A stretch of DNA of 35,204 nucleotides, taken from IMG/VR virus record IMGVR_UViG_3300008266_000011; one strand, given 5' to 3'. Below the pieces are notes generated by a model, which was given only the letters and a program-made list of their open reading frames with translations, was not told the DNA's origin and made no database searches. Every line of letters begins with the position of its first letter. Positions within the stretch are counted from its first letter, which is position 1. Made by a program: the position numbers and the translations under genes. Positions 25,566-35,204 of this stretch are shown here, one piece after another. The DNA is from an uncultured virus (IMG/VR IMGVR_UViG_3300008266_000011) (taxonomy: Duplodnaviria > Heunggongvirae > Uroviricota > Caudoviricetes).

Positions 25566-25577
25566 GGGGTTATGTTA
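25566..25577 (-). promoter_or_regulatory. Putative leaderless promoter -10 (TAACAT) for the initiator gene
   Basis: TAACAT-AACCCC-GTG; no SD. Confidence 0.5.
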
Positions 25578-26153
25578 CTTACCGAAGGGGTCAACATCCT
25601 TTTTGCCCATATCCTCTTTTATGCGCTCTTGTACGGCCTTTGAGAGGGTGTTTAGAACGCCATTGGTGATGTAGGTAGCAAAGGATTCGATGAAATTGGA
25701 AAGGGCATCCTGCATTTCTTCATAGAGCACGTCAGACTCATCGTCATCGTCAAACTCCACTTCGATTGGCTCAAGGCCATCTTCGATATTCCAAGTCTCT
25801 ATAGCCAAGTCCTCAACTGCATGAAGAGTCAAGTGAGCCTCGATGCTATCTTCCCAAACCATTGCAAGAATATCTTCGGCGGTTATCTCTCTTGTAATTT
25901 CTCTTATTGGGTTATTGCACATAGTTAAATCATGTGCTTTTAAAACTAGGCTATCGATGTCGTCATTTCCATCAGTAAAGAACAAATGATATTTTGCATT
26001 AGTTTCTTCAAGAATTTTTATCATAGATTCAGTAAACATCGGCAGTTCCACTACTGGAAAAACAACTACCGCTTCTGGGGTTAACTGTATTAACCTACGC
26101 ATTCCATCTTGGATATCGCCATCCTTAAATGGCAAAACAATTATCCTCTTCAT
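25575..26153 (-). CDS. Acidic hypothetical protein
   Basis: 192 aa; strong SD AGGAGGGG. Confidence 0.8.
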   Translation of the reverse strand: MKRIIVLPFKDGDIQDGMRRLIQLTPEAVVVFPVVELPMFTESMIKILEETNAKYHLFFTDGNDDIDSLVLKAHDLTMCNNPIREITREITAEDILAMVWEDSIEAHLTLHAVEDLAIETWNIEDGLEPIEVEFDDDDESDVLYEEMQDALSNFIESFATYITNGVLNTLSKAVQERIKEDMGKKDVDPFGK

Positions 26154-26161
26154 AACCCCTC

Positions 26162-26434
26162 CTATAGACGTGGTAACCTCTGTTGAACCACTGTCGGTTT
26201 ATTTAAATACTTGGCTAGCGCCAATGAAACGAATGTAGCGGCTGGTACTAAAACCACCAAATTGAGGTTTAAGCCACTGAGCAAATAAAGGCCCCCAAGA
26301 CTTAAAGGAGGTGCAAAAAAGATGTTTATATTTGATTTACCTATCCATGCACCAAGAATGGTTAAGTCAAGTAACTCCAACACATAGGTAACTGCAAGTG
26401 CAACTAGTAGAACAGTAATCAAGATATCGGTCAT
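26162..26434 (-). CDS. Small membrane protein (2-3 predicted TM helices); holin-like candidate
   Basis: Hydrophobic 90-aa protein with a basic C-terminal tail. Confidence 0.6.
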   Translation of the reverse strand: MTDILITVLLVALAVTYVLELLDLTILGAWIGKSNINIFFAPPLSLGGLYLLSGLNLNLVVLVPAATFVSLALAKYLNKPTVVQQRLPRL

Positions 26435-26446
26435 AGGGTCATCCTA
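26435..26446 (-). promoter_or_regulatory. Putative leaderless promoter -10 (TAGGAT)
   Basis: TAGGAT-GACCCT-ATG; no SD. Confidence 0.5.
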
Positions 26447-28417
26447 TACCGATAGTCTGGTGTACTCAACTCCGGCGTAGGTGGACAGTCTCCAATAGCA
26501 ATTTGCAGGAACCCAAGAATCTAGCGTTTGAGATAGACGAGGTAACTTGATGGCCTTGTTTACATAAGCGTGAGAGGTTGACTCGTGGGCTGTGCCTTCC
26601 CATACAACGCCAAACTGACTGGATAGGCTACCGTCAAAGTAGTCTGTTGCTTTAAAACTTTGTTCTAATTGGAACGCATCTACCCATGCGTACACTCCAG
26701 AGGCCGTATCAAAGTCTAAGTTTATTGTGTAAGTGAGTTCTCCTGCTACATCCGCATTATCTACGAACGCTGTGATTGTGTAACGCTCCCAATCAGTTGA
26801 CAAGGTAAAGGTTTCAATCTCTTCTCCAGTTGTAGGAGTTCCATCATCATTTGGTGTTAGCGTCACATCTACATCTACTGCAGCACTTGCTTTGGCGTAA
26901 AACGAAAGTGTGTAATACTTATCTAAGCCTGTTGATGGAATAGCACCTGTGTCTGTTTCTAATATTGCACCTGTAGTTAAAGTTAATTTTAGAGAATCAT
27001 CACCTGCACCTACACTGTCAGGAGTCTCAACTTCTCTTACGTTAGCCGCAGCCGTTATTGTCCAAGTATTTGAGTTATCTTCGAATGAAGGATTTTGTAT
27101 GTAATTAGTTTTACTAGGAAGTAAAAAGATGTTTACGGCACGAGCCTCTTGGAATGATGTGTTATCTAAGTTCTCACCGTTTTCAGCATAGAACTGGTCT
27201 AGATAGTAAGTTCCTGCTGCACTAAAAGTCACCTTTAGAGAAGCGTACACAGCATCGGCTGGTGTTTCAGTTGTTTCCCAAGATGTTTGCCACGTGTTAT
27301 TGGCGGCATTTAAAGTTCCAGTAAAGTCTGCTGCTAAGTCTGTTCCATCTTTGTCATAGAACTTAACTATTAGTCTTACGCTTCCTGCGCTTGCAGGTGA
27401 CTTATATTTATATCCAAAGGTAAAGTCTGTTTCTGCAGTTACAGGGATTCCTTTGCCTATTGGGTCATTTGCACCCAAAGTTATAAAGGAAGCACCAGAT
27501 GCAGCAATAGCCTTGCCTGTGTAGTCCTCATCAATTGTGTAGGTGTTTATGTCTGGCACCTGTTCTGTTACAGATGTAAGAGTTGTTGTAGATGTTTGCC
27601 AGTTACCTATGGTTTCTAAAAATGTTGAGTCTTGAATTGTCAGTAGTAGATTTGGAGATACTGTAATTGTTGGGGCAAAACCTGTTAGGTCTTCTATGTA
27701 GGCTTCAAGGCCTGATTGCAAACCTCGATTAGAATAAAGAAAGAACGCATCTCTTGCCAGTTTTTTCTGATACTTAACTGGAATATTACTTTCTGTTGTA
27801 AATCCTGAGTTCAATAGTTCAATGGGTAACAAGGACGCAGGAGTGTTCTCTGATGAATGGTTTGGTTTTAGCACATCAATCTGTGTCAATAGTTGGTCTA
27901 CCGTAAATGAAACGCCGTCCATAAACTTATACAAATCTGATGCGGTATCAGTAACTCCTAGAGGACTCTGGACTTCACTAGTGTAAACTTTTGGAATAAT
28001 GTCCATAAGTTTTTTTTGGGCATCATGGTCTGAAGGAACCGTGTCAGTTACTTGTCCAGCAACAACCCAATACTCTGTATCGATGTATAAAAAGAATCTA
28101 TAATAAATTTGACGACCTGGGTCAATAGCAACTATTGGGTCTTCTGCATCATCACTGTCTACAAACGATAGGCGTGTTACATTACCTTCAGTAGCAAACT
28201 CTTCATAAACAATAACGCCGTCTTCTTCATTCTCTGGATAACCTGTTTGACTGCGTACCAATCTCCAACGGGTAAAGTCACCAGTAGGTGATTGCCATTC
28301 AACTAAAGTTCGGTCATAATCAAGAACCGTAATTGACATAGGTTCAACGGAGTACGCAAGTTTTGGAGTTGCTCCATATTTGCCGCCACCGTAAACAAAG
28401 TTACCGTAATTTCCCAC
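26444..28417 (-). CDS. Baseplate/tail protein with a P2 gpI-like region and two carbohydrate-binding-like domains
   Basis: FN3-like N-terminus; LY.NRG...G...LTG wedge motif; NLL...STF..W and NYIQNPSFE...YTLSFYAK...W.R...QLE (CBM4/9-like). Confidence 0.7.
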   Translation of the reverse strand: MGNYGNFVYGGGKYGATPKLAYSVEPMSITVLDYDRTLVEWQSPTGDFTRWRLVRSQTGYPENEEDGVIVYEEFATEGNVTRLSFVDSDDAEDPIVAIDPGRQIYYRFFLYIDTEYWVVAGQVTDTVPSDHDAQKKLMDIIPKVYTSEVQSPLGVTDTASDLYKFMDGVSFTVDQLLTQIDVLKPNHSSENTPASLLPIELLNSGFTTESNIPVKYQKKLARDAFFLYSNRGLQSGLEAYIEDLTGFAPTITVSPNLLLTIQDSTFLETIGNWQTSTTTLTSVTEQVPDINTYTIDEDYTGKAIAASGASFITLGANDPIGKGIPVTAETDFTFGYKYKSPASAGSVRLIVKFYDKDGTDLAADFTGTLNAANNTWQTSWETTETPADAVYASLKVTFSAAGTYYLDQFYAENGENLDNTSFQEARAVNIFLLPSKTNYIQNPSFEDNSNTWTITAAANVREVETPDSVGAGDDSLKLTLTTGAILETDTGAIPSTGLDKYYTLSFYAKASAAVDVDVTLTPNDDGTPTTGEEIETFTLSTDWERYTITAFVDNADVAGELTYTINLDFDTASGVYAWVDAFQLEQSFKATDYFDGSLSSQFGVVWEGTAHESTSHAYVNKAIKLPRLSQTLDSWVPANCYWRLSTYAGVEYTRLSV

Positions 28418-28432
28418 TTATGTGGCTCCTTT

Positions 28433-28969
28433 TTATGCTCCCATTAACATTAGGGTATCGGTTACAGACCCACCACCGCTAGTTGATACGGTAGCCCAAG
28501 ATGCAATAGTTCCATCTGTCGTTAAAAACTTTCCTGCATGAGTTGACTGAGACGGTACCTGACTAATAGCAGCCCAAGACGCTGATGAACCATCAGTAGT
28601 TAAAAAGTATCCATTGTTGCTAGTTTGAGATGGCAGACCTGTAAAGGTTGTCCATGAATAGTCATAGTTGGTAGAGGAGTTCTTAACAAGAACTTGACCA
28701 GTAGTTCCTCCAACAGGATTACGGGCATCGTATGCAATTTTTGCTACGTATTCTAAGTTAGTTATTCTATCTTTTACTGTGTTCCAGTTTGTTGTAGCAA
28801 AGTCTGCAGCCCCAGCCCATCCTGAGCCTGTCTTAATGCTAGAGCCTAAAGTGGCTTCAATAGAGTTTACTTCGTCTTGCAGGTCATTTACGTGCGCCGC
28901 AAGAACGGTGTCAGTAAAGTCTACCTTAGTGGTAAACGACTTCACCGATGAGGGATACGATGCTGTCAC
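28433..28969 (-). CDS. Short tail-fibre / minor tail protein
   Basis: A.HVN.LQDEV..IE..LG anchor; GGTTGQVL.K; two PSQ...G.FLTTDG..ASW repeats. Confidence 0.7.
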   Translation of the reverse strand: MTASYPSSVKSFTTKVDFTDTVLAAHVNDLQDEVNSIEATLGSSIKTGSGWAGAADFATTNWNTVKDRITNLEYVAKIAYDARNPVGGTTGQVLVKNSSTNYDYSWTTFTGLPSQTSNNGYFLTTDGSSASWAAISQVPSQSTHAGKFLTTDGTIASWATVSTSGGGSVTDTLMLMGA

Positions 28970-29033
28970 GTTGACTTCCTTTCAGACCTATCGGTCTATT
29001 TTCTTAGGTTTGCCCCCTATTTACCTGCTGAAC

Positions 29034-29732
29034 TCAGGCTATCTGGTTCATAGTCACTATCAATGAGGGTATGGCTGGTGAGGGAGAGGTTGCCCCATTT
29101 GCTTCAAGGGCAATATTGGTAGTTGTTGTAGACCAGGCTAGTTGAACGTATTCGTTGTATTTGAGTTTTACAAAGAAATTCCATGCCGCTACAGCATAGT
29201 TACCGCTTCCAATATTTAAAGAGGTAGAAGAGTTTGCAACCGTTGACCCATTCTTTTTTAACCAAACATAAGCGTTACTTCCAGAGCCTCCTCCACCACC
29301 AGTTCTATGGTGAAACTGAGCCGAGAATTGAAGGTTGTATGTTCCAGTTTCGGCAACAGTAAATTTTGAAGTATCTACAACCGAGATTCCTTCAGAAAAG
29401 TCAATGCTGTTTACTGTCATAATTTTTTCAGTATTGACTGAGGCTGTTTGGTCTTGGGTGCTAAACCAAGAACCATAAGCAAAGACTCCTTGCGGTTTTT
29501 CACCAAACTCACCTATCCATACAGGATATTCAGGGTCTCCTCCTACATACATGACGTATACGCCAGTGCCAATTGCGGGTGGACGTTTGGTTGAGATTAC
29601 AGGCCAAATCCAGTTAGTAATCTGTTCACCTGTTGCAGTGACCTTAACTTTTAATCTTCGTAACTTTTTAGGGTCTCTGTTATCGTGAACGACTGCTCTG
29701 TATATGCCAGGTAGTGTTCGCTCAAAATCCAT
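29034..29732 (-). CDS. Baseplate spike (gpV/gp5 OB-fold N-terminus) fused to a C1q/BclA-like beta-sandwich
   Basis: GIYRAVV.DN.DP....R.KV...P..G..V.VMY.GGDPEYPVW.G, then F.V.ETG.Y.LQFSAQ...WLKKNG. Confidence 0.78.
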   Translation of the reverse strand: MDFERTLPGIYRAVVHDNRDPKKLRRLKVKVTATGEQITNWIWPVISTKRPPAIGTGVYVMYVGGDPEYPVWIGEFGEKPQGVFAYGSWFSTQDQTASVNTEKIMTVNSIDFSEGISVVDTSKFTVAETGTYNLQFSAQFHHRTGGGGGSGSNAYVWLKKNGSTVANSSTSLNIGSGNYAVAAWNFFVKLKYNEYVQLAWSTTTTNIALEANGATSPSPAIPSLIVTMNQIA

Positions 29733-29734
29733 TA

Positions 29735-31294
29735 CTAGATTTCACCAATACTTAAGTTGTCCTCTGTAAAGCGGAAGATTTCATCTGGGTCGCCTTGCAG
29801 CGTTGTAAGAGCGGCTCCGCTTCCAGTTCTGTAAAGTTGAGTTACACGAGCAACTTGAATTCCAGGAATTTGAAGTAATTCAAACTCAAGGTCTCCAGAG
29901 TTAATTGTTTCTTCAAAGAATAGATTGGCATAACCAAAGGCTGTAACCATCTTCTCTTTAATTGCGGTTTCAATCTCTGTTGTAGTGTATTGGTTCAACT
30001 TGGTATATTGAATAGTTACATTTACATCTACGTATACTGGAGGCGATATAGTTACTGAAGTTCCAATTAACGTTTTACCTTCGTAGAAGGTCTCTAAGTC
30101 TGTTTGTAATCTATCGAATTCTGCCGTTGGGTCTCCCAGTTCATCTAAACCTGGAGCAGCGTCAACATCTGTTGCAGTTCTTGTTGGTGCTATGTAAACA
30201 GTTACTGAAGTCCAAACTGCTGCAGTTGCATTTGCTTTTCCAATTCCAGTTACTGAAAGAGCAAGATTTGCAAAATCGTTTAATGTTACTGCTCTGTTGT
30301 TAGCACGCAAAGTTAATGGAGCAGCAGTTCGTATTTGTTCCGTTGACTCTGGGTCTGCACCAGCAAATGCAACATCCCCATTAGCAACTGAAATATCTGC
30401 TTGAAGGGCCGTAATTTGAACTTCAGATAACCCAGGAACGTATACAAGTGTGTCTAGTGTGTCGGCATCAACGTTTCCAGCGTTTCCACCGCCAACTGTA
30501 TACTTTGCTCTAATCTCTGAATAGAGAGTTGGTATTGCTCCAGAAACTCCATCTCCAAATTTAATTGTTACAACATCATCCTCATCAAGTGAGGTTACAT
30601 AAACTTGGTCATTTGGTCCGTAATCTGAAAGATGTTGAACCTCTGTCCATTTTACAAACAGAACACCGTCTTGTACATACACCTCAATAGAGTCTTCTAC
30701 TACAGGTGTTTCTCCTAATTCAAACGACATTGCAGGAATGCCTGTAGAGGTACCTATTAACTCTCCATTTGTGGTTGCATCATCGGATACAAGAACTACT
30801 GAACGACCTTCTGCAGCAGTTACTGTTGTTTCTCCTGGAGATGACCCTATTTGTTCTGCAACTACGGCGTCTGCAACGGTTGTAAAATAAATGGTGTTTA
30901 CTGTGTCATCTATTACAACATCGCCAGAAACAACTGTACCTTCAGGCAAGGTTACCTCAGTTGCAGAGGTGTTAGTGAAAGTTAATTCGACTAGAGCCTG
31001 CCTGTAACCAGCAGGGGTATAACCATAGTTACGAGCAATGTTAAGAACGCTATCTCTTTGACTTGCCGTGGTTATAAACGCTTCATTGGCGTTTCTGTCA
31101 ATATAGTATGAAAGTATGTCGGAAACATAAGCAAAGGCTTCTACAAGAGCAACACCAAAGTCTGCTGGGTCACTTGCTTTCCAATCTGGAATTCGGTCTT
31201 GAATTCTTTCTATCAACTCTTCACGAATTGAGTAATAATCCTTACTGGTGTAATCAACCGATACAGGGATATTAGAGGCTGGCGTTATTGTCAT
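29735..31294 (-). CDS. Baseplate wedge protein (gpJ / T4 gp6-like)
   Basis: DYTSKDY.SIR..L, D.G.AL.E.FAY..D.LSYY.D..ANE, FGDG..G.IP, G.D.ES...IR, RAVT..DF. Confidence 0.9.
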   Translation of the reverse strand: MTITPASNIPVSVDYTSKDYYSIREELIERIQDRIPDWKASDPADFGVALVEAFAYVSDILSYYIDRNANEAFITTASQRDSVLNIARNYGYTPAGYRQALVELTFTNTSATEVTLPEGTVVSGDVVIDDTVNTIYFTTVADAVVAEQIGSSPGETTVTAAEGRSVVLVSDDATTNGELIGTSTGIPAMSFELGETPVVEDSIEVYVQDGVLFVKWTEVQHLSDYGPNDQVYVTSLDEDDVVTIKFGDGVSGAIPTLYSEIRAKYTVGGGNAGNVDADTLDTLVYVPGLSEVQITALQADISVANGDVAFAGADPESTEQIRTAAPLTLRANNRAVTLNDFANLALSVTGIGKANATAAVWTSVTVYIAPTRTATDVDAAPGLDELGDPTAEFDRLQTDLETFYEGKTLIGTSVTISPPVYVDVNVTIQYTKLNQYTTTEIETAIKEKMVTAFGYANLFFEETINSGDLEFELLQIPGIQVARVTQLYRTGSGAALTTLQGDPDEIFRFTEDNLSIGEI

Positions 31295-31707
31295 AGTTTC
31301 TCCTGAATTGGGGGTAAGTTTCCTGCAATTCTTACTAAGCCTATTGTAGTGCTTGTTACGTCTTCAATTCGTGCGTCTGGCAATGAGTAGACTATCTCTG
31401 TCTCTAATATGCCTGTCTCTTCGTCATAATGAGGTATAACTTCTACCAAATTTAGGGTTGGTAGATACCTTTCAAATGCCTTCCTAGTCTCGTTTTGTAC
31501 AATCAATTCGGCTTCTCCTGAGTTTTCAAAAACAGCGTCAACTACGTCAGCCCCAAAGTTTGGACGCATCACTCTTTCACCTAAGTAAGTGCCTATCACG
31601 GACCTGACTCTATCTTGCCAGATTTTAGGCTGTTCAATCGTTGTTCCAACTCTTCCATATGGGTTTATGGAAAATGGAAGAGATATAGCGGTTTCTCTTG
31701 TAGCCAT
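31291..31707 (-). CDS. Baseplate gp25 / gpW-like protein
   Basis: T..GERVMRP.FG...FE...P. Confidence 0.88.
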   Translation of the reverse strand: MATRETAISLPFSINPYGRVGTTIEQPKIWQDRVRSVIGTYLGERVMRPNFGADVVDAVFENSGEAELIVQNETRKAFERYLPTLNLVEVIPHYDEETGILETEIVYSLPDARIEDVTSTTIGLVRIAGNLPPIQEKL

Positions 31708-32954
31708 TATTTACCTATCCATTTTCTTTGTTTTAACTGTATACCATTGTCAGATTGTTTTATTAACAACCTATTTGAATTAAGTTTAGTTACTGATGGT
31801 TTTGTCTGCAATCCAGAGGCTAGTTCATAGGCAACGTTTCTTACAGCAACACTTTTAGTTGGAGTCTGTCTAAATGATGAAGTTTTGTTGTTACCAGTTC
31901 CATCAGTCATACAAGAAAAGTCAACTGTGTATCTGCCGTCATGTGTCATAAAGTGTTCAGCGTCTTTTACCATCCAAAAACCATCTGTGGAATTTCCCGT
32001 TCCGTCTACATGAATAGTTTTAAAAGGAGATATTCTTGGGTCACCTTGAGCCGTGCCCTTGGCATGTTCACTAAACGAAGAAACCATTGCTTCAGATTTT
32101 GCTCTACTTTCTGCGAGCGCTTTGCTTCCCACAGTCACTCCAAACATCTGTTCGGAGAACACTTGAGTAGTGGTGTTCTTTCTTAATGCTTTACCAACCT
32201 CAGATGGAGAAGTTTTATGAGTAAAAACTTTACCAGTAAATGGGTCAATTCCCATTATATTTTTTGTTCTATTTGAATACCTTGACTCTGATGGGATTGT
32301 AGAACTTTCGGTTTTAAATTCTAAAAGATTAGATTGATAGATATTGTCATATCCATCTCCATAGTTTGTTTCAAGAGATAGGAAAGGAATACTTCCCATA
32401 AAAGTGTTTATCATAGTATCAAAAGGAACAAAATAGAGTTCTGTTTCGAATACATGAAACACGTACCCCGATTTGTTTGCTAGTTCTCTTAATTTTTGCC
32501 AATAGGTTTGACCAACCATTGACTCTTGAGTTAATCTAACTTTTGTTGGAGACACTATTGGTTTTAATTTAAACTTTTTAGCAATTTCTTGAACAATTTC
32601 AGAAGCAGTTTTGTTTAACCATATCTTTGGTGTGCTTTCTTTTAAAGACAACCCAGTTCCAATAGCCTTAATGGTTGTAGGATTATTTTGTCCAAAAGTT
32701 TTTGTAGGAAGTACACTTACAACTTGTCCAAAGAACTGCCCTCTTACTGAGGAACTCATCCAATTTATTTTCAATAAAGAACCAGGTTTTAATGCATTTT
32801 GATAAAAAGACGAAACATTAAAGTACTGTATTTCTACTATATCCTGATGACTTGATTTTTGAATTAACCTAATTGTGCTTGGAATTTCTTCAAATCCAGG
32901 AAAATCAGGATAGGTAACTTTAAATGAGTTATCAAATGCATATTGATTAGTCAT
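31707..32954 (-). CDS. Baseplate hub (gpD / gp27-like)
   Basis: TASEIV..IA.K, Q.....W..L..LA...GY, GDP.I.P...I...G....DG.W.V...H. Confidence 0.82.
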   Translation of the reverse strand: MTNQYAFDNSFKVTYPDFPGFEEIPSTIRLIQKSSHQDIVEIQYFNVSSFYQNALKPGSLLKINWMSSSVRGQFFGQVVSVLPTKTFGQNNPTTIKAIGTGLSLKESTPKIWLNKTASEIVQEIAKKFKLKPIVSPTKVRLTQESMVGQTYWQKLRELANKSGYVFHVFETELYFVPFDTMINTFMGSIPFLSLETNYGDGYDNIYQSNLLEFKTESSTIPSESRYSNRTKNIMGIDPFTGKVFTHKTSPSEVGKALRKNTTTQVFSEQMFGVTVGSKALAESRAKSEAMVSSFSEHAKGTAQGDPRISPFKTIHVDGTGNSTDGFWMVKDAEHFMTHDGRYTVDFSCMTDGTGNNKTSSFRQTPTKSVAVRNVAYELASGLQTKPSVTKLNSNRLLIKQSDNGIQLKQRKWIGK

Positions 32955-33222
32955 TTGGAATCCTTAATTGTGTACCATAAGGAATATCAAACGGGTCAAT
33001 TACTTCTGGATTTACATCCATAATTTGCCACCATAAAGAAGGACTTCCTAAATATCTCAACGCTAAAACATCTAATCTGTCTGTCTCTGTCCACTCATGA
33101 TAGGAAAAGGACACTGTATAAGTTGGATACTGACGTAGTACCGTTACAGGATATTGACCAGTTCTTGAATCGTAAGCACGATACAGTCTAGCGTCTGCAT
33201 AACGACTATCTAAATAAATCAT
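32947..33222 (-). CDS. LysM / tail-X type baseplate protein
   Basis: DRLD.LA.RYLG...LWW.I.D.NP...P..IP.G..LRIP. Confidence 0.85.
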   Translation of the reverse strand: MIYLDSRYADARLYRAYDSRTGQYPVTVLRQYPTYTVSFSYHEWTETDRLDVLALRYLGSPSLWWQIMDVNPEVIDPFDIPYGTQLRIPND

Positions 33223-34655
33223 CTAAGTTGTTGCCTTCCCCCGCCACCGCTGCCACCTGTTTCCCTTTTGTTTTCAAATTCAATAAATCTGCCAAATGTA
33301 ATTCTAACAATTGAAAAGATGGGAACCATTCTTGGGTCAAATATCTTATGTTCAACTGCAAGGCTTATTACTCTAACTGGATAACGCAGTCTATTTCCTA
33401 AATGTAGTTCAAGAATGGTAGGACGAATGAATCCCATATCTGCAGTTTTTCCATTATAAGTAGAATTAAAAGTAGCATGTGGAGCATTCATTGTTTTAAA
33501 CATATACTCCATGTCATACATTGTTCCTTTTTCATGCACTTCTTTTATATCTGGAAGAAGACTTTCCGTTTCTCCTCCGCCAAAATAAACTTGTCTTCTT
33601 ACTGCTAAACTAGGATTAGTTCTGTATTTCATATCTTCCATGCGGTTGAGAACTAAGTCTAAAGAGACTGCACTACTTGATTTTGTTAAAGGCAGAAACA
33701 CGTCTTTTCCAGTGGCAATCATTCCAGGGTGTAAGTCCGCGTTTATATCGTAAATCATTTGTATTTTTTCTGGGTTGTATAAAAACCTAAACCCATAAAG
33801 TTGTTTGTCGGGCGTTCGTTGAGGAACTGACGCTCCATTAACTAGGTCAAGGTTTCCTTTTTGAACGTTTCCTTTTTCAGTAGTTGTACTGTTTAAAATA
33901 GCCTTCATCCACTCTCGGTTTACTCTAAGAACTCCCCTGCCTGGACTTTCTTTCCAATAATTTTCAGCATCAGTTGTATTAAATCCTGGAGTATTAATCA
34001 AGTTAGATGCATCACCTAATGAGGATGTAAGAGGTGCTGAAGAACCTGTAGAAAATCTGGCTGGTTTAATTAAGGGAAGGTTGTATTTATACGGTCCTTT
34101 TGGCTTCTGTTCTTCTCCTTTTCTTTTATTACCTGATGAGCCGCCGCTTTTATTACCTCCACTACCTGAAGTAGTAGTCACTTTTCCAGTGCTTAAATTG
34201 TAATCACCAACCGCCTTAATGTTATAGATTGAATTAATTTGTTTTGTAATAGCATCATTTTTATTCTTTAAATCTTTAATGTTGTTTTTTGAGTTGTTAA
34301 TTAACTGTTCTCTTCCAGTTATTAGAGTTTGATAAGAAGCAATTGCTGCTAACTCACCTGAAGTTTGGGTTGCACCTCCAGGACTTGATGGACTAAGAGA
34401 ATTTCGTGTTAAAGTATTGTACTGAGTTACATACTCTGCTTTGGTAATCTCTGCACTTTTAATAATTGCACTTAAATTATTTATAGTTTTATTATTTTGA
34501 GAAATTTGGTCTCTCAATGACGCTGCAGTTTTTGCGTTTGTTGCTGCAACCTTTGCTTTTTCACGCTCAGTTTTTAAACGCTGCGCAGCAGTTTCATTAT
34601 TCTTTTTATTTTTAGTGTATTCAAGTTGTGGGTTGTTATAAGAAGGACCTGGCAT
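33219..34655 (-). CDS. Probable tail tube initiator / baseplate protein with N-terminal coiled coil
   Basis: Lies between tape measure and LysM genes; GFRFLYNP...L..NR...GTMYD.EY...H.IF...MVP. Confidence 0.6.
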   Translation of the reverse strand: MPGPSYNNPQLEYTKNKKNNETAAQRLKTEREKAKVAATNAKTAASLRDQISQNNKTINNLSAIIKSAEITKAEYVTQYNTLTRNSLSPSSPGGATQTSGELAAIASYQTLITGREQLINNSKNNIKDLKNKNDAITKQINSIYNIKAVGDYNLSTGKVTTTSGSGGNKSGGSSGNKRKGEEQKPKGPYKYNLPLIKPARFSTGSSAPLTSSLGDASNLINTPGFNTTDAENYWKESPGRGVLRVNREWMKAILNSTTTEKGNVQKGNLDLVNGASVPQRTPDKQLYGFRFLYNPEKIQMIYDINADLHPGMIATGKDVFLPLTKSSSAVSLDLVLNRMEDMKYRTNPSLAVRRQVYFGGGETESLLPDIKEVHEKGTMYDMEYMFKTMNAPHATFNSTYNGKTADMGFIRPTILELHLGNRLRYPVRVISLAVEHKIFDPRMVPIFSIVRITFGRFIEFENKRETGGSGGGGRQQLR

Positions 34656-35204
34656 TAGTTACTCCCCATCATTGCATTGTTGTTTTCTCTATCAAGGTAT
34701 GATTGGACTTGTTTAGCAAACTTCATTGCAGAAGTTTCATCTGCTTGATTAAAGGTAACAGTAATATTTACTGTTTTTGCTCCAGAATCCATAGCCTGCA
34801 TCATTGCAGGACCGCCACCACCACGTGGGAAATTGTAGTTACTTGCCTTGCCTTCTCCGTGAACCCAAGCAGACTGATTTACAGCAGATAATACGGCTGA
34901 AGTTCCCGCGTTACTTCTTAACGCGTCTACAATTGCAGCGTATCCTCTTTCAGAAGAACGATTACCAAGAAGTGTTTTAACTGTTGCGTTTAAGCCTTCT
35001 TCCCATGACCCGTATTTCTTTACTCCAACGCTATTTATTGATTTATTTCCACCCAAATCTAAAGTTGTATTTAAAGGGTTAAAACTTGCACTGTTTTTCC
35101 AATGTCCGCCTTCAAATCGAGCCCAGGTTGTTAAAGCCGCAACGTTTGCATCAGTAACAGGTGCTCCAAGACTTCCAAGAAGTTTAGATGCCCAATTATT
35201 TTGA
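34655..35204 (-). CDS. Tape measure protein C-terminus with a lysozyme-like domain, truncated by the window edge
   Basis: The frame stays open upstream of the ORF-track start up to the edge: QNNWASKLL..LGAP....NV..L..W.RFEGG.W.N...FNPLNTT...GV..Y.SW..G..AT; ends in VNITVTF...FA..V, typical of a tape measure end. Confidence 0.75.
   Translation of the reverse strand, partial: QNNWASKLLGSLGAPVTDANVAALTTWARFEGGHWKNSASFNPLNTTLDLGGNKSINSVGVKKYGSWEEGLNATVKTLLGNRSSERGYAAIVDALRSNAGTSAVLSAVNQSAWVHGEGKASNYNFPRGGGGPAMMQAMDSGAKTVNITVTFNQADETSAMKFAKQVQSYLDRENNNAMMGSN

Noticed and set aside
28480..28640. Repeats in the tail-fibre gene as a diversity-generating retroelement
   Set aside because: They are ordinary protein-level fibre repeats; no reverse transcriptase or adenine-specific TR/VR pair seen
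28984..28997. Small hairpin agacc-tatc-ggtct as a terminator
   Set aside because: Only 5 bp and no U-tract on the coding strand
1594..34891. All plus-strand ORFs and nested minus-strand ORFs in the track
   Set aside because: They lie antisense to or out of frame within well-supported genes and carry no recognisable motifs
1..35204. Alternative genetic code, tRNA genes or integrase
   Set aside because: Genes are full length in code 11 with all three stops used; no intergenic gap showed a cloverleaf; no recombinase motif seen

Overview
This 35.2-kb window is an internal fragment of a dsDNA tailed bacteriophage with a contractile tail (myovirus). All credible genes are on the minus strand and most are translationally coupled. 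The host is probably an actinobacterium, possibly a low-GC freshwater lineage; this is inferred from the WhiB gene, TANNNT-N6-start leaderless promoters and a moderately low GC content judged by eye. In transcription order (right to left) the window holds: (1) the end of the tape measure gene and the baseplate/tail module (about 26.4-35.2 kb); (2) a replication/recombination module with an HTH initiator carrying internal iterons, DnaC-like loader, DnaB, DnaG, SNF2 helicase, SSB, family A polymerase, RecA, PD-(D/E)XK nuclease, WhiB, Cas4-like exonuclease, RuvC, an inserted secreted S8 protease and SpoVS (about 10.1-26.4 kb); (3) an array of small unknown genes, three sharing an N-terminal FNDRR motif, plus an HhH-glycosylase-like gene (about 4.2-10.1 kb); (4) a three-gene unit encoding a pol-beta nucleotidyltransferase, a degenerate HAD phosphatase and a degenerate TGT/DpdA-like protein fused to a Cys4 domain; (5) a class II ribonucleotide reductase running off the left edge, which the ORF track misses. 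The best candidates for new biology are the NTase-HAD-TGT-like unit, the FNDRR peptide array and a possible SD-sequestering pseudoknot upstream of the polymerase. All product calls come from motif recognition by eye; no searches were run.
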